Of a stretch of DNA of 64,000 bases, positions 1 to 9,796 are shown piece by piece. The notes under the pieces were generated by a model. The model had not been told where the DNA came from. It ran no database searches and saw only the letters and a list, made by a program, of their open reading frames with translations. The DNA is from Clostridia bacterium (GTDB lineage: Bacteria > Bacillota > Clostridia > Oscillospirales > CAG-272): contig JAFQPR010000090.1 of assembly GCA_017411605.1 (NCBI GenBank), positions 3,761-67,760 on the forward strand, given 5' to 3'. The position numbers and the translations under genes are program-made. Every line of letters begins with the position of its first letter. Within the stretch, counting starts at the first letter, position 1.

Positions 1-3000
1 CATCTATTTCAACCTTAACGTTTGCAATTACCTCATAGCCGCACTCCGTGCACACAAAGTCCTCGTTATAGCTGTGAGTGGCGTATTTTCCGTATTCCTC
101 GCCGCAGCCCTCGCAAACGGCAAGAGCCTCGCAGGTAGCCGTACCGCCGTAGTGCGCTTCCTTCTCACCTATAACTATTCCGCATTCGCACTCATACCAG
201 TGATACTCGTAGTCGAAATCCTCGTAAGCGGACTCGGGATCCAGCGCCTTGTGCTTAACCGTGAAATATACGTCGTAAGAATAGCTTGAAGGAAGGTACA
301 CTGCTCTTCCATATTCATCTAAGTAGTATATGCAATCGAAGTTACAGAATATATCATCAATGTATTCATAATAGTTTCCGATCGACTCAACGTAGTAGTA
401 CTCTCCGCCCGTGATAAACAAATCGACAGGATCGTCAATGTCAAATGAAACGTAGTAGAATACTCCGCCTGTAATAGCGATCTCTATATAGTCGTAATCG
501 CAATCGGTATCAATATCAATATCATCAAACGTACCACCGGTTATATAAAGAGCAACAGCACCATCCTCGGGATCAAGGTCAATGTTGACGTCGGGCACGT
601 ATACGTTTTCGAATACGAGCTTACCTGCATATACGTCGATAGTAGATGAAACTATAAAAGTACCGTTGCCACCGCGGCTGTCGGTAATTATCAAAGCTCC
701 GCCGTAAATATTGATTTCATCGAAAGCAAACGAATTACCCGCAAGATCGAGAGTTATTTCGGCATTTTTAATATTTATTTCATTTTCCGAAAGCTCGCTT
801 ACCGCTCCGCGAAGAGTAATGGTTACGCTATCAAGACCGTCAGCAAAGCGGAACGCGTCTTGTACGTACGCGAAATAATAGTTCTTTCCGTCAACTTCAA
901 TAACCAAAGGAGCTATGAAATCGCATATATCGCAAACGCCGTCCTTGTCAAGCGTATGCCCAAGAGGCTCTGTGTACTCGCCGCCGCACACCTCGCAAAG
1001 CGCGCCAACGTCGCACTCTGCCTTGCCGCCCGAGCACGCGGTGAAGTTTTCTTTCAGTCCGCAAACCAAGCATCCGTCATAGTGGTATCCGTTTTTGTCG
1101 GATATGATTATTCCGTTATCAAGGTAATCCTCGTTGTGAGCTACGGTAAAGCTGCCCTCGTATACGCTTGCTTCGCTCTCAAACATCAGAGGGTTGCCCT
1201 CGGAATCGAGGCATATCATACACTCAAGCCAGAACAGCTCCCGGAGATAAGCGCCTATAACCTCTATTGAATTAAACTCAGCCTCGGTTACAGTAAAGGT
1301 GGATCCATAGATTTCAAGGAATAATTCCGCGCTTAATACTACGCCGTCAAAATTCACGTATGAATACTCGTAAACGTAAAGGTCCAAATACGCACCGACC
1401 GTAACGTCACGAAGGAAGAGATAGCTTCCGTAAAGATCTACGTCACCCGCAATTACGAAAACGCCATCCTTTTCGGTGCTGCTATCCTCTATCGTAAGCG
1501 AGGCACCGTCTGTGAGATAAAAACCGATATAAGCTTCAAGGTTATTACCGTTAAGATCAACGGTAACGTTTGCGCCCTTTATATTGTACGTTATAGGCAT
1601 TATAGAACTATACCACGCATCTGTATAGAGCGTCAGCTTTCCGCCGTCAGCTTTGATCAGCTTATCCAAAGCCTCGCTAATATCTGTAAATGCAAACTTT
1701 TCTTTACCTACCGTGACAATATACGGGGCATCCTTGCCGCAAACCGCGCAGGTTATACCTTCGCCGAACTCGTGGGGTTCAGCCTCGCTTCTGACACCGT
1801 TTACGCATTCGCTCCAGTGCGCGAAGTAATCCTTCTCGTAGGAAGCGCGGTCGATATGCTCATCGTCGTGAGAAACCGTAAACGTACCGCTGTATGAAGC
1901 TGCGCTATCAAAATCGAGAGTAAGGGCCGCGCCCGCATCATCAAGATAAGTGATACACTCGGCATCGGAGAAAATATCTCCAAGAGTTGCATCATCGGTA
2001 TCGTTCGTTACGATGATATTTTTAAATTTACCGCCGTATACGCGTGTTACGTTGCCGGCTGCTCCCATCGTATAAAGTGTAAAAACAGTATCGGTAAACG
2101 TACCGCCTCTTACCGTAAGAACCGTGTCACTCAACTGAACCGCGCCGCTGATGCTTCCGCCAAGAATATCAAGCGCCGTATCTCCCGCTACAGAAGCAGA
2201 AATTATGCTTCCTGTAAGAGATCCTCCTTCGATAGTTAACCGTCCGTTATAATTCATAATGATATAATCGCTACTTTCGGGGGCGGTTATAGCACCGGTT
2301 TTTGCCTTACTTGAATCCTTGATAGTTACGTTTGCACCCAAATTGAGCGATTTGAAATTCGTTAACTGATAGCCCGCAAGATCCAGCGTCACGTTGCCAC
2401 CGGAAAAATACAGTCCGGTCGATGAGGACGTAAGACCCTCGTCTATGTTTTCACGAAGAATGATCTCCAGGTTTTTATATTCATATACCTGACTTAACAT
2501 CGAATTCAAAATATCCCCAAGCGAATCAAAGTATATAACGTCGTACGAATCGAAAACTGCCTTTATTGCAAGCTCGTCGTCGCAAACCGTACAAGCATAT
2601 CCGTCATAATCGTGCCCGTTCGGCTCACCGTAGCTCTCCTCGCACACCGAGCAAACCGCAAGTTCCGTGCAAGTTGCGGGAGTACCCTCCGTGTGGCCGA
2701 GAGCGGAAACGAGAACGCCATCGCACACAGTACATTTCTGAGCTTCGGTACAGGTTGCGGGAGTTCCGGGCGTGCAATTCTCGGGAGTGCTCGTTACGTC
2801 ACATTCAAAGTTCGTACATTCTTTAAAATGCTTGCCGTCCTGCGATATATATTCGCCATCGAAATTATGCTCGAGAACACCGTATTCGGTTCCGCAGAAA
2901 TCGCATATCAACTCCGATCCGCACAGAAGAGCGCTCGTGTCGGTCGTGCACGGCTCTTCACCCGTATGGGTGGAGTCGTTCAGACAGGTTTTGCTATGAG

Positions 3001-4654
3001 TTCCGTTTTCTGAGTAGGTATATTCGTAGTCGTGTCCGAGAGGCTCGCCGTAAGGATTTCCGCAGCCCTCGCAGGTCTTTGCGTTATCGCAGGTTGCCGT
3101 ACCGCCGAAATGCTCTTCCTGCTGATTTTCGGGATCGTAGTTTCCGCAAGAGCATACCGACCAGTGATAAACGTCATCAAAGCCGTCTTCATAGCTATGC
3201 ACGTGATAAACGACGGTAAACGGCTCGTTTATAATACTGATTATAGAGTCCTCGGAAATAAAGCTTCCGTCCTCGACAAGCGGTAAATAATTCTCGGCAA
3301 GAAACTCGTATACGTGTCTGTCGTCACAGGAAATACCGTCAAAGCTTCCGCCCGATATTAAAACGTACGAGGTCTCGGGAGCACTGGGGTAGATATCGAA
3401 GTTCACACGATCATAGAACGCTCCGCCGGTTACCTCAACGCTTCCGTCTTCTATCGAGAAACTCGGGCTGTATATATTTCCGCCGCGGATAATGATCTTT
3501 CCGCCATCTCTCGCTACCGTCGAGGCATAATAGTTGCCTCCTTCAATTATAAGCTCACCGCCGTCGGAATAACCCGTCGTAATTCCCGGAATAGTATTTA
3601 TCACGCCAACCTGCCCCTCGGAGCTGTCGGTGATTATAAGCTTACTGCCTGTTTTTGCATATAATTGAAGATTTTCTGTGCTTTTACCGTTAATATCTAA
3701 GGTAACCGTCGCTCCGTTTTCTGCTTTCAATTCTTCTTCGTTCGGGAAGGAAACGTCGGAAATCAGAGTGATCTTAGCCGTGCCCGCCGCGGAAGCTGCC
3801 GGCGAAAGCTCTGTTATATCGGAAAAGTATACGTCATCCTCGCCCTCAACGGAGAGATACGCAAAGTCGGTTCTTACAGATACTGCGCCGCTAATCTCGG
3901 TATCCAAGTCGGTAAGAGCTATTCTGTTCTCCTCGGAATCCATAACGAAGCCGTTTTCAACAAGAATATCCTTTATGGGAGTCAAAAGCTTTATTCCGTT
4001 CGGAAATTCTCCTCTTATAACCTTGATGCTACCCGCCGTATTAGACGGATGATCAAACTCGGGATTCTCCACCGTAACTCCGTTTAAAACGACAGAAGCA
4101 TTCACTTCCCCCGCTACTGCGATTATGACATTCTCGCTGAGAGTACAGGCGCTTATCTTAAGCTCTTTGCCAAAGTTCGATATTACACCGTCGATACGAG
4201 CAGTTTTCCAATATGAGTGATCGGTTATCGTTACGTCACCGTATGTATTCACGAACGCCGTAACGGTGAATCCGTTCAGGTCAAGCTCGCTGTCCCGAAT
4301 CTCTATGTAATTATTCGTATCGCCCGTTTTCTGCACGTCCCTAAGTACAACGACCTTCGAGTTTACAACAATTGACTGGATAGAATCGTCAAAGGTAACG
4401 TTATAATCTTCGTCTGTTATTCTGTACGCCGGAACGTAACCGCATACACTGCACATATTATTACTCTCATCGTAATCGTGAGTTGCCGCGGGATCAAGAT
4501 GCGTGCAGTTTATGCAATCAACCGTGCCGCACACAGCGCAAGCTTCACCGTCCGCAGCGGATGCGGTGATACCCGACAATGCGATACCGAGCATCACGGT
4601 TATCACAAATATCAAGGTCACTATCATACTTCTTCTTGTTATTTTTGTTTTCAT
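1..4654 (-). CDS. Giant secreted Cys-rich repeat surface protein; about 1551 N-terminal codons are in the window and the 3' end lies beyond the left edge
   Basis: Not in the ORF track because there is no in-window stop. ATG at 4654 with AGGAGA SD at 4661-4666. N-terminus MKTKITRRSMIVTLIFVITVMLGIALSGITASA|ADGE looks like a Sec signal peptide. I hand-checked the frame (plus-strand triplets starting at positions = 2 mod 3) at 4262, 3002, 2582, 1802, 662 and 2-61 and found no stops. Translated stretches show CxxCG, TCTE..C.VC and HDY..Y.C.VC motifs plus G-rich beta-helix-like repeats, as in the 37180-41418 paralog. Confidence 0.75.
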   Translation of the reverse strand, partial: MKTKITRRSMIVTLIFVITVMLGIALSGITASAADGEACAVCGTVDCINCTHLDPAATHDYDESNNMCSVCGYVPAYRITDEDYNVTFDDSIQSIVVNSKVVVLRDVQKTGDTNNYIEIRDSELDLNGFTVTAFVNTYGDVTITDHSYWKTARIDGVISNFGKELKISACTLSENVIIAVAGEVNASVVLNGVTVENPEFDHPSNTAGSIKVIRGEFPNGIKLLTPIKDILVENGFVMDSEENRIALTDLDTEISGAVSVRTDFAYLSVEGEDDVYFSDITELSPAASAAGTAKITLISDVSFPNEEELKAENGATVTLDINGKSTENLQLYAKTGSKLIITDSSEGQVGVINTIPGITTGYSDGGELIIEGGNYYASTVARDGGKIIIRGGNIYSPSFSIEDGSVEVTGGAFYDRVNFDIYPSAPETSYVLISGGSFDGISCDDRHVYEFLAENYLPLVEDGSFISEDSIISIINEPFTVVYHVHSYEDGFDDVYHWSVCSCGNYDPENQQEEHFGGTATCDNAKTCEGCGNPYGEPLGHDYEYTYSENGTHSKTCLNDSTHTGEEPCTTDTSALLCGSELICDFCGTEYGVLEHNFDGEYISQDGKHFKECTNFECDVTSTPENCTPGTPATCTEAQKCTVCDGVLVSALGHTEGTPATCTELAVCSVCEESYGEPNGHDYDGYACTVCDDELAIKAVFDSYDVIYFDSLGDILNSMLSQVYEYKNLEIILRENIDEGLTSSSTGLYFSGGNVTLDLAGYQLTNFKSLNLGANVTIKDSSKAKTGAITAPESSDYIIMNYNGRLTIEGGSLTGSIISASVAGDTALDILGGSISGAVQLSDTVLTVRGGTFTDTVFTLYTMGAAGNVTRVYGGKFKNIIVTNDTDDATLGDIFSDAECITYLDDAGAALTLDFDSAASYSGTFTVSHDDEHIDRASYEKDYFAHWSECVNGVRSEAEPHEFGEGITCAVCGKDAPYIVTVGKEKFAFTDISEALDKLIKADGGKLTLYTDAWYSSIMPITYNIKGANVTVDLNGNNLEAYIGFYLTDGASLTIEDSSTEKDGVFVIAGDVDLYGSYLFLRDVTVGAYLDLYVYEYSYVNFDGVVLSAELFLEIYGSTFTVTEAEFNSIEVIGAYLRELFWLECMICLDSEGNPLMFESEASVYEGSFTVAHNEDYLDNGIIISDKNGYHYDGCLVCGLKENFTACSGGKAECDVGALCEVCGGEYTEPLGHTLDKDGVCDICDFIAPLVIEVDGKNYYFAYVQDAFRFADGLDSVTITLRGAVSELSENEINIKNAEITLDLAGNSFAFDEINIYGGALIITDSRGGNGTFIVSSTIDVYAGKLVFENVYVPDVNIDLDPEDGAVALYITGGTFDDIDIDTDCDYDYIEIAITGGVFYYVSFDIDDPVDLFITGGEYYYVESIGNYYEYIDDIFCNFDCIYYLDEYGRAVYLPSSYSYDVYFTVKHKALDPESAYEDFDYEYHWYECECGIVIGEKEAHYGGTATCEALAVCEGCGEEYGKYATHSYNEDFVCTECGYEVIANVKVEID

Positions 4655-4732
4655 CTGTTTTCTCCTGTTTGTTATTAGGTGGGTGATTTTTAACCGTTTA
4701 ATTGTTTTAATACGTTTTATTTCTATACTATC

Positions 4733-5044
4733 TTATTCTATCTTTCTGTTTTGTTCACAAAGGCAGATACCGATAAACTCATCGCCCTCGTCGAAGTATC
4801 TGCATCCCGAGCAAAGACCGAAGCCGTCGGGATCAACAAGTGCCACCTCGCAGGCATCCTGCATAGCGGTCACGAACGGATAACCGTCCTCGGTATACAT
4901 CGGTTCTTTCAGAAAGTTAGGATATATCGGTATCGGATCGCCGTTATCCTTCTCAAAATCCTCGTAGTATCCGTATCGTAGCTCGAAGGTCTTTCCGAAG
5001 GCTGTGACCTCCTTGTATTTATCTCCATCTCTTATCTTATTCAT
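4733..5044 (-). CDS. Small hypothetical protein (103 aa) with a C-terminal Cys cluster (CSGCRYF...CLCE)
   Basis: ORF track. ATG at 5044 is preceded by AGGAGA. Lies between the LuxR-type regulator and the giant surface-protein gene. Confidence 0.6.
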   Translation of the reverse strand: MNKIRDGDKYKEVTAFGKTFELRYGYYEDFEKDNGDPIPIYPNFLKEPMYTEDGYPFVTAMQDACEVALVDPDGFGLCSGCRYFDEGDEFIGICLCEQNRKIE

Positions 5045-5140
5045 TTTATCTCCTTCGGTATGTTCTTCATTGCCGAAATCAAAGCAAAAAGAAAAATCCC
5101 ATACACTATTTGCTGAAAATAGTATACAGGATTTCTTTTC

Positions 5141-5174
5141 AAAAAAACACCACCGAAATTACACTTTTTCGGTC
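5141..5174 (-). terminator. Putative intrinsic terminator after the LuxR-type gene
   Basis: Minus strand reads ACCGAAA-aagtgtaa-TTTCGGT, then GGTG, then TTTTTTT, 36 nt after the stop at 5210. The stem is short and AT-rich. Confidence 0.45.
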
Positions 5175-5209
5175 AAATTTTTTTGTCCGAAAACAAGTTG
5201 TTTTGGGTA

Positions 5210-6433
5210 TTAAAGTATATCCGCAAACTTGGATTTATCGTTTACTCCCGTCTTCTGCACGACCTTGAGTATAGTCTGCTTAACGGTCGATTCGGAGATA
5301 AAGAGAAGCTTCGCGATTTCTTTATTGGTAAAGCCGAATGCAACGAGCTTTGCAACCTCTCGCTCGCGCACGGTAAGATTAGACGCTACGCTCTTGTTTC
5401 TTACAGCGCCGCTGATCTTAGCCCAGCCAACACTGTATATTCTGTGCATTTCCTTTACTATAATAAGCGCGTTTTCATCGACGAGAGCAATTCGTTCCTC
5501 GAGCAGTCCGTCAAAATGTCTTATATATTCCGTTAGAACGCCAAAAAGACCGTCCGCAAGAGCAAGCCTCACCGCCAGGTCTATATACTCCGTAGCCTTT
5601 TCCTTATCACCGGAGTTATAATATGCAACCGCGCACGACATACGTAAGAATATCTCGGGCAGCACGGTTTTATCTACCACCGCCTGCGTGATAAGCGGCT
5701 CAACGGTATACGGCATAAGCCTCATCAAGGCAAGTCCCGATATTCCCTCTATCTCCATCTGCCGCGATGCGGTAGCAAACGCTCGCATATATAAATACTT
5801 TACGAAAAATACCTTTGCCGAGGGGTGAGCATCAGCGGGAAGAACCTCAAAATTTCCCACCTTGAACCAATCGGGATAATCCTTGTTATCGTAGATCGAG
5901 CTATCTATAATAGCGAGAGCCAAGGATACTATCTCTCTGTCGTGCGCATCTTTACACGGGGCGGCACATATATGCCTTTTTGCCTCGTGCCATAGAAGTA
6001 CGTCGCCGCGCCATATCGCGCACTGCGCGAGCAGCATACCGCCGCCGAGTATCGCATAGAATCCCGAATGTGCAGAGAGGAAATACCTCGCTTGCTCGTA
6101 TACCTTTTCTATCTCGCCGCGCCTGTATGCTATCTGCGCCGAGAAAAGCGCGTGAGCCTCCGGCTGATTTATGAGCATTTCCGCGCACTCATCGGCGCAG
6201 CCCGCACGGTTATAAAGGTTCGTCATATCAAGGAACGGGCTTTTTCTCGGAAGCGGGAGCGTCGGCTCCTCTTCCTTTCTTCTCGCGTTTGGCAAAACCG
6301 CCGTCGCGGGTATTCTCCATACAGGTCCGAAGCGCACAGCGCCCTTTATCCTTCCGTTATTGCATAAAAACTGTACCCGTCTTACGGATACTCCCCATCG
6401 CTCCGCCGCCTCGCTGACTGTTATGTAATCCAT
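5210..6433 (-). CDS. Transcriptional regulator with an N-terminal MerR/excisionase-type HTH and a C-terminal LuxR/FixJ-type HTH
   Basis: N-terminus MDYITVSEAAERWGVSVRRVQFLCNNGRIKGAVRFGPVWRIP. C-terminus LTVREREVAKLVAFGFTNKEIAKLLFISESTVKQTILKVVQKTGV is a classic LuxR_C HTH. A helical middle region of about 300 aa separates them. GGAG SD 6 nt upstream of ATG 6433. Confidence 0.85.
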   Translation of the reverse strand: MDYITVSEAAERWGVSVRRVQFLCNNGRIKGAVRFGPVWRIPATAVLPNARRKEEEPTLPLPRKSPFLDMTNLYNRAGCADECAEMLINQPEAHALFSAQIAYRRGEIEKVYEQARYFLSAHSGFYAILGGGMLLAQCAIWRGDVLLWHEAKRHICAAPCKDAHDREIVSLALAIIDSSIYDNKDYPDWFKVGNFEVLPADAHPSAKVFFVKYLYMRAFATASRQMEIEGISGLALMRLMPYTVEPLITQAVVDKTVLPEIFLRMSCAVAYYNSGDKEKATEYIDLAVRLALADGLFGVLTEYIRHFDGLLEERIALVDENALIIVKEMHRIYSVGWAKISGAVRNKSVASNLTVREREVAKLVAFGFTNKEIAKLLFISESTVKQTILKVVQKTGVNDKSKFADIL

Positions 6434-6500
6434 ATCTTACTCCGTTCATTCCGTAACCCACCGCGTTCTTCGCAGTATAGGTTATATTTCCATAGATAAA

Positions 6501-6582
6501 GTTCGCGCAGACGAACTTTCAAAGTCAAAAAGAGTTCGTTCGCACGAACATTCGTAGATTTTAAATGTTCGCACAAACGAAC
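6501..6582. promoter_or_regulatory. Three palindromic GTTCG-N6-CGAAC sites with exact 33-bp phasing (6501-6516, 6534-6549, 6567-6582)
   Basis: Read directly: gttcgcgcagacgaac, gttcgttcgcacgaac, gttcgcacaaacgaac. All lie between the promoter -10 box and the LuxR-type start codon. Confidence 0.7.
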
Positions 6583-6592
6583 TCTTAGCATT

Positions 6593-6622
6593 ATTATACT
6601 GCAAAAAGTACCGTTTTGTCAA
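6593..6622 (-). promoter_or_regulatory. Sigma70-type promoter of the LuxR-type regulator gene
   Basis: Minus strand reads TTGACA (6617-6622), an 18-nt spacer, then TATAAT (6593-6598). Both hexamers are perfect consensus. Confidence 0.7.
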
Positions 6623-6673
6623 CCGTTATAATTATAATTTTTATCAATTCGTTTATCGGATGTATGAGCTCAA

Positions 6674-8473
6674 TCAAGGAATAAGCTCTGCCGCGAAGAG
6701 CTTAACCTTCTCATCACCGTTAGTTGCTATCCACTTGATGCTTATTTCTTTTGCGGTAACGTCAAGCGGGAGCTTTACAAGCCTATGGAAGTTGTTATCC
6801 ACCTTGCAGAGGAGCTCTCCGTCGGCATAGACCTCAAAGCTGCGAACGAGTGTGCTCGCCACGCGAACGGGCTTAAAATCCTTACCCGTATGAAGCTTCA
6901 TCGCAAAAACTCTCATCTTAAGGTTATCGGAGATCGTCTTTCTCGTAAAATCAGGGTCAAATACGAGTCGGAGCGAGCCGATATACTTCGGATCATCAAA
7001 GCTGAACGTCAGCTTATCTCCTATATTCTGAACAAGGATATTCTCACCGTAATCGGTTCTCGGACGATCAACTCCCGAAAGAAGCGCCTCGCGCTCCTCG
7101 TCGCTTACGTTGATTTTTGCTTCCTTGGTAAGGGCCGATATCTCGCGCTTTTTATGAGGAAGGAAAACACCGTCGTCCATAAGAATGTTCTGGATATCTC
7201 CGTAATGCTCCTTTGCGGTATCCCTCGGGGACTTTCCGCACCTTACCGAATACGCCGCAAAGGTACCAGCAGCCTGACCCAGAAGTGAGCAGGTAGCCAT
7301 AACACGTGTTGAAGAAAGCGCTGCGTGAGTTACGCTGATATTTCTTCCCGCAAAGAGAAGATTTCCTACGTTTTTCGAATAAAGGCATCTTAAGGGAATT
7401 CCGTACGCCTCGTTAACCGGTATATATATCGACGGATAAGTTCCCTCGCTATTTTTTCTCATTCCAAAGGGATTATGATCATCAAGGGGCCATCCGCCGT
7501 ATGCTATCTCATCATAGAAATGACCTCCAGATACCACGTCCTGCTCGGTCATAACGTAGTCACCGACGTAGCGCCTTGACTCGCGCTTTCCGGGAAGGAA
7601 TCCTACCCAGTCTATATCCCAGTTCTCCATGCCGTGATCACCTTTATTTTTGATGTGATCCCAAACGCCGTAGACGGCCGCGAGAAGCTCATCTCGCACG
7701 CGCTCTGAGTCATATATACTGTGTCCCTCTCCGCCGAGCTCTATCCACCAGAGATTAGTACCGCTCGTGCCTACGTTCTGCTCACGGATAAGAGCATAGT
7801 CGTGCTCGCCCAAATTAACCGCAAAGCAGGAATCGTCCTCATATACGTTTGCGAATGGGGGCGGCGTAAACTTAACGGGATGATCTGTCTCACGAGCCGC
7901 GAGGATTATTGACATACCCATAGTTCTCGTATCTGCTTGCTCCTTGCCGAGGCTCTCGCCAAACTCCGACTTCGCTTCTCTGCCGTGTCTGTATTCCGCT
8001 CCCGTAAGCGGTGCTAAAATACTGTCACCCGAGCAATCAATAAAGAGCTTTGCAGAAACCTTATAATACGTATAAGTCGTAAGCTGCCAGCCCGTAACGG
8101 AGATAATTTTTCCGTCATTCATTTCCGCGTCAAGGCAGGACGTATTCATAAGAAGCGTTATATTTTTATTTTCCGATACCATACCGTAAAGATTGGCATC
8201 AAGCAGCGAATGCGAGAGAGTTGGGTTATAGTATATATTTCTCTCCTCAAGCTCGGATATAAGACCGGTTTCGCGGTCAAACTTATTCTTCGCTCCGCGC
8301 ACCCACATTCTTATCTCTGATGAAGCATTTCCACCGAGCATAGGTCTGTCCTGCATAAGTATAACTCGCGCTCCGCCGCGTGCCGCGGAAAGTGCCGCGA
8401 ACGAGCCCGAAAGCCCTCCGCCTATTACGCAGACGTCGCATTCCAAAGTCTTTTTTTCAATTGCCGCGTTCAT
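6674..8473 (-). CDS. FAD-dependent oxidoreductase (FAD_oxidored-like, 599 aa)
   Basis: N-terminal dinucleotide-binding motif CDVCVIGGGLSGSFAALSAARGGARV...GGNASSE. GGAG SD upstream of the start. Confidence 0.7.
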   Translation of the reverse strand: MNAAIEKKTLECDVCVIGGGLSGSFAALSAARGGARVILMQDRPMLGGNASSEIRMWVRGAKNKFDRETGLISELEERNIYYNPTLSHSLLDANLYGMVSENKNITLLMNTSCLDAEMNDGKIISVTGWQLTTYTYYKVSAKLFIDCSGDSILAPLTGAEYRHGREAKSEFGESLGKEQADTRTMGMSIILAARETDHPVKFTPPPFANVYEDDSCFAVNLGEHDYALIREQNVGTSGTNLWWIELGGEGHSIYDSERVRDELLAAVYGVWDHIKNKGDHGMENWDIDWVGFLPGKRESRRYVGDYVMTEQDVVSGGHFYDEIAYGGWPLDDHNPFGMRKNSEGTYPSIYIPVNEAYGIPLRCLYSKNVGNLLFAGRNISVTHAALSSTRVMATCSLLGQAAGTFAAYSVRCGKSPRDTAKEHYGDIQNILMDDGVFLPHKKREISALTKEAKINVSDEEREALLSGVDRPRTDYGENILVQNIGDKLTFSFDDPKYIGSLRLVFDPDFTRKTISDNLKMRVFAMKLHTGKDFKPVRVASTLVRSFEVYADGELLCKVDNNFHRLVKLPLDVTAKEISIKWIATNGDEKVKLFAAELIP

Positions 8474-8532
8474 TTTTCTCCTTTTTACGCATTTGCATTA
8501 AACCGCGTATCCAATAATCATTAATAACTTGC

Positions 8533-8561
8533 ATTATAGCACAATAACCGGTATTTTACAA
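8533..8561 (-). promoter_or_regulatory. Sigma70-type promoter for the FAD oxidoreductase gene
   Basis: Minus strand reads TTGTAA (8556-8561), a 17-nt spacer, then an extended -10 TGcTATAAT (TATAAT = 8533-8538). Confidence 0.6.
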
Positions 8562-8606
8562 TAGAGCTTCAGACTTTTCGCTCAAACAAATTAAGCTTTT
8601 CGGAAC

Positions 8607-9722
8607 TTAATTCCTTGCTCTGTATTTTTCATCTGCAGCGCTCTTACCGAAATACATAAGCTCCCATACGGCAGGGTCGCTGACGCTCTCTATGACGGTA
8701 CCGTCTTTTATCTTTTCTATCGTGGCAATTCCCTCAAAGCGCAGATAACCACCGTCAAATCCTATAAGTCTTGCGAGCAGACCAAGCGGCTTAGGCAAAA
8801 CTGAGACAAAGCACGTCCTGTTAATATCCCCGCGTCTATCGTACGTAATTCTGTACTCCTCGCCCGTCTCCGTTGTATATTCATATACGACCTTGCCGTA
8901 TACGGGCTTACCCGTCACCTCATCAATATATCTGCCCTCGGGTAAGAATTTCAGTGTATGGTTAGAGTTATCTCCGAGTATCTCTCCGCCCCGCGCGAGC
9001 ATAAATACGTCAAAATCTTTATAACCGTACTTCCTTTCCCCGGTGATCCAGGAGGATATGACCTTATAATCACCAATCTTTGCTCTGCCCCAATACCAAT
9101 GGTGCATAAGCTTCATCATCGAGATATTGCCCCAGTTATGATCGTGATAGCCCGAGCCCTCAAGGTGAAGCGTCTTACCGCCGTCAAACGTCACGTCTGC
9201 TATCGCGCGTCCTTCGGGAACGGCGGGCAGCCACGCAAAATAATGCTCCTCTTTATCCCCGAAGAATATACTTCCCGTCTGAGATCTCCAGGCTCTTATA
9301 GTACCGTCGAGCGTAAGAGTCGCGCTCATCGTTTTACCGCGGAACACGACGTCGTAGTGCTTAAGGTCACCGTGGCAATAGCACTCGCCTATCTTAACGT
9401 TGCATTTGTCCTTTGCGTAATGGCTTTCCTCGATCGTTGCATATACTTCCTCGGAAAATTTTCTTCCGTCGGGAAGAGTCAGCTCCATAGTCGATATCGG
9501 CTTGATAGGACCGTTTACGTTGATTGGCATTTTTGAGAAGAAGAATATGACAAGCACCGTGCCGTCGGGATAATGCGAGTCAAAATACCACCATTCGTAC
9601 TCGCCTCTCTTGCCGCCGACGCGCGCTCCGTCCTCCCAAATCGCAACCTCGCTTTTCGATAGTCCCATTTTTTCGTAATGTAAATCGTCATCGGGATGAA
9701 TTGATTTTTTTATCTTGCTCAT
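8607..9722 (-). CDS. CrtC/AttH-like (hydroxyneurosporene-synthase superfamily) beta-barrel protein
   Basis: Motifs EYEWWYFDSHYPDG and GSGYHDHNWG...WYWGR resemble the AttH/CrtC signatures EWWY and DHxWG. GAGG SD upstream. Confidence 0.55.
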   Translation of the reverse strand: MSKIKKSIHPDDDLHYEKMGLSKSEVAIWEDGARVGGKRGEYEWWYFDSHYPDGTVLVIFFFSKMPINVNGPIKPISTMELTLPDGRKFSEEVYATIEESHYAKDKCNVKIGECYCHGDLKHYDVVFRGKTMSATLTLDGTIRAWRSQTGSIFFGDKEEHYFAWLPAVPEGRAIADVTFDGGKTLHLEGSGYHDHNWGNISMMKLMHHWYWGRAKIGDYKVISSWITGERKYGYKDFDVFMLARGGEILGDNSNHTLKFLPEGRYIDEVTGKPVYGKVVYEYTTETGEEYRITYDRRGDINRTCFVSVLPKPLGLLARLIGFDGGYLRFEGIATIEKIKDGTVIESVSDPAVWELMYFGKSAADEKYRARN

Positions 9723-9796
9723 AGCTGAAACCTCGTTTATTAAAATTACACTTCAATTATATATCCCAAGTTGTGAACAATTCTATATGTCTTTTA

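Noticed and set aside
5952-6367. Overlapping ORFs of 64-99 aa on both strands within the LuxR-type gene
   Set aside because: They are embedded in a well-supported 407-aa gene, have Arg-rich composition typical of off-frame translation, and have no SD.
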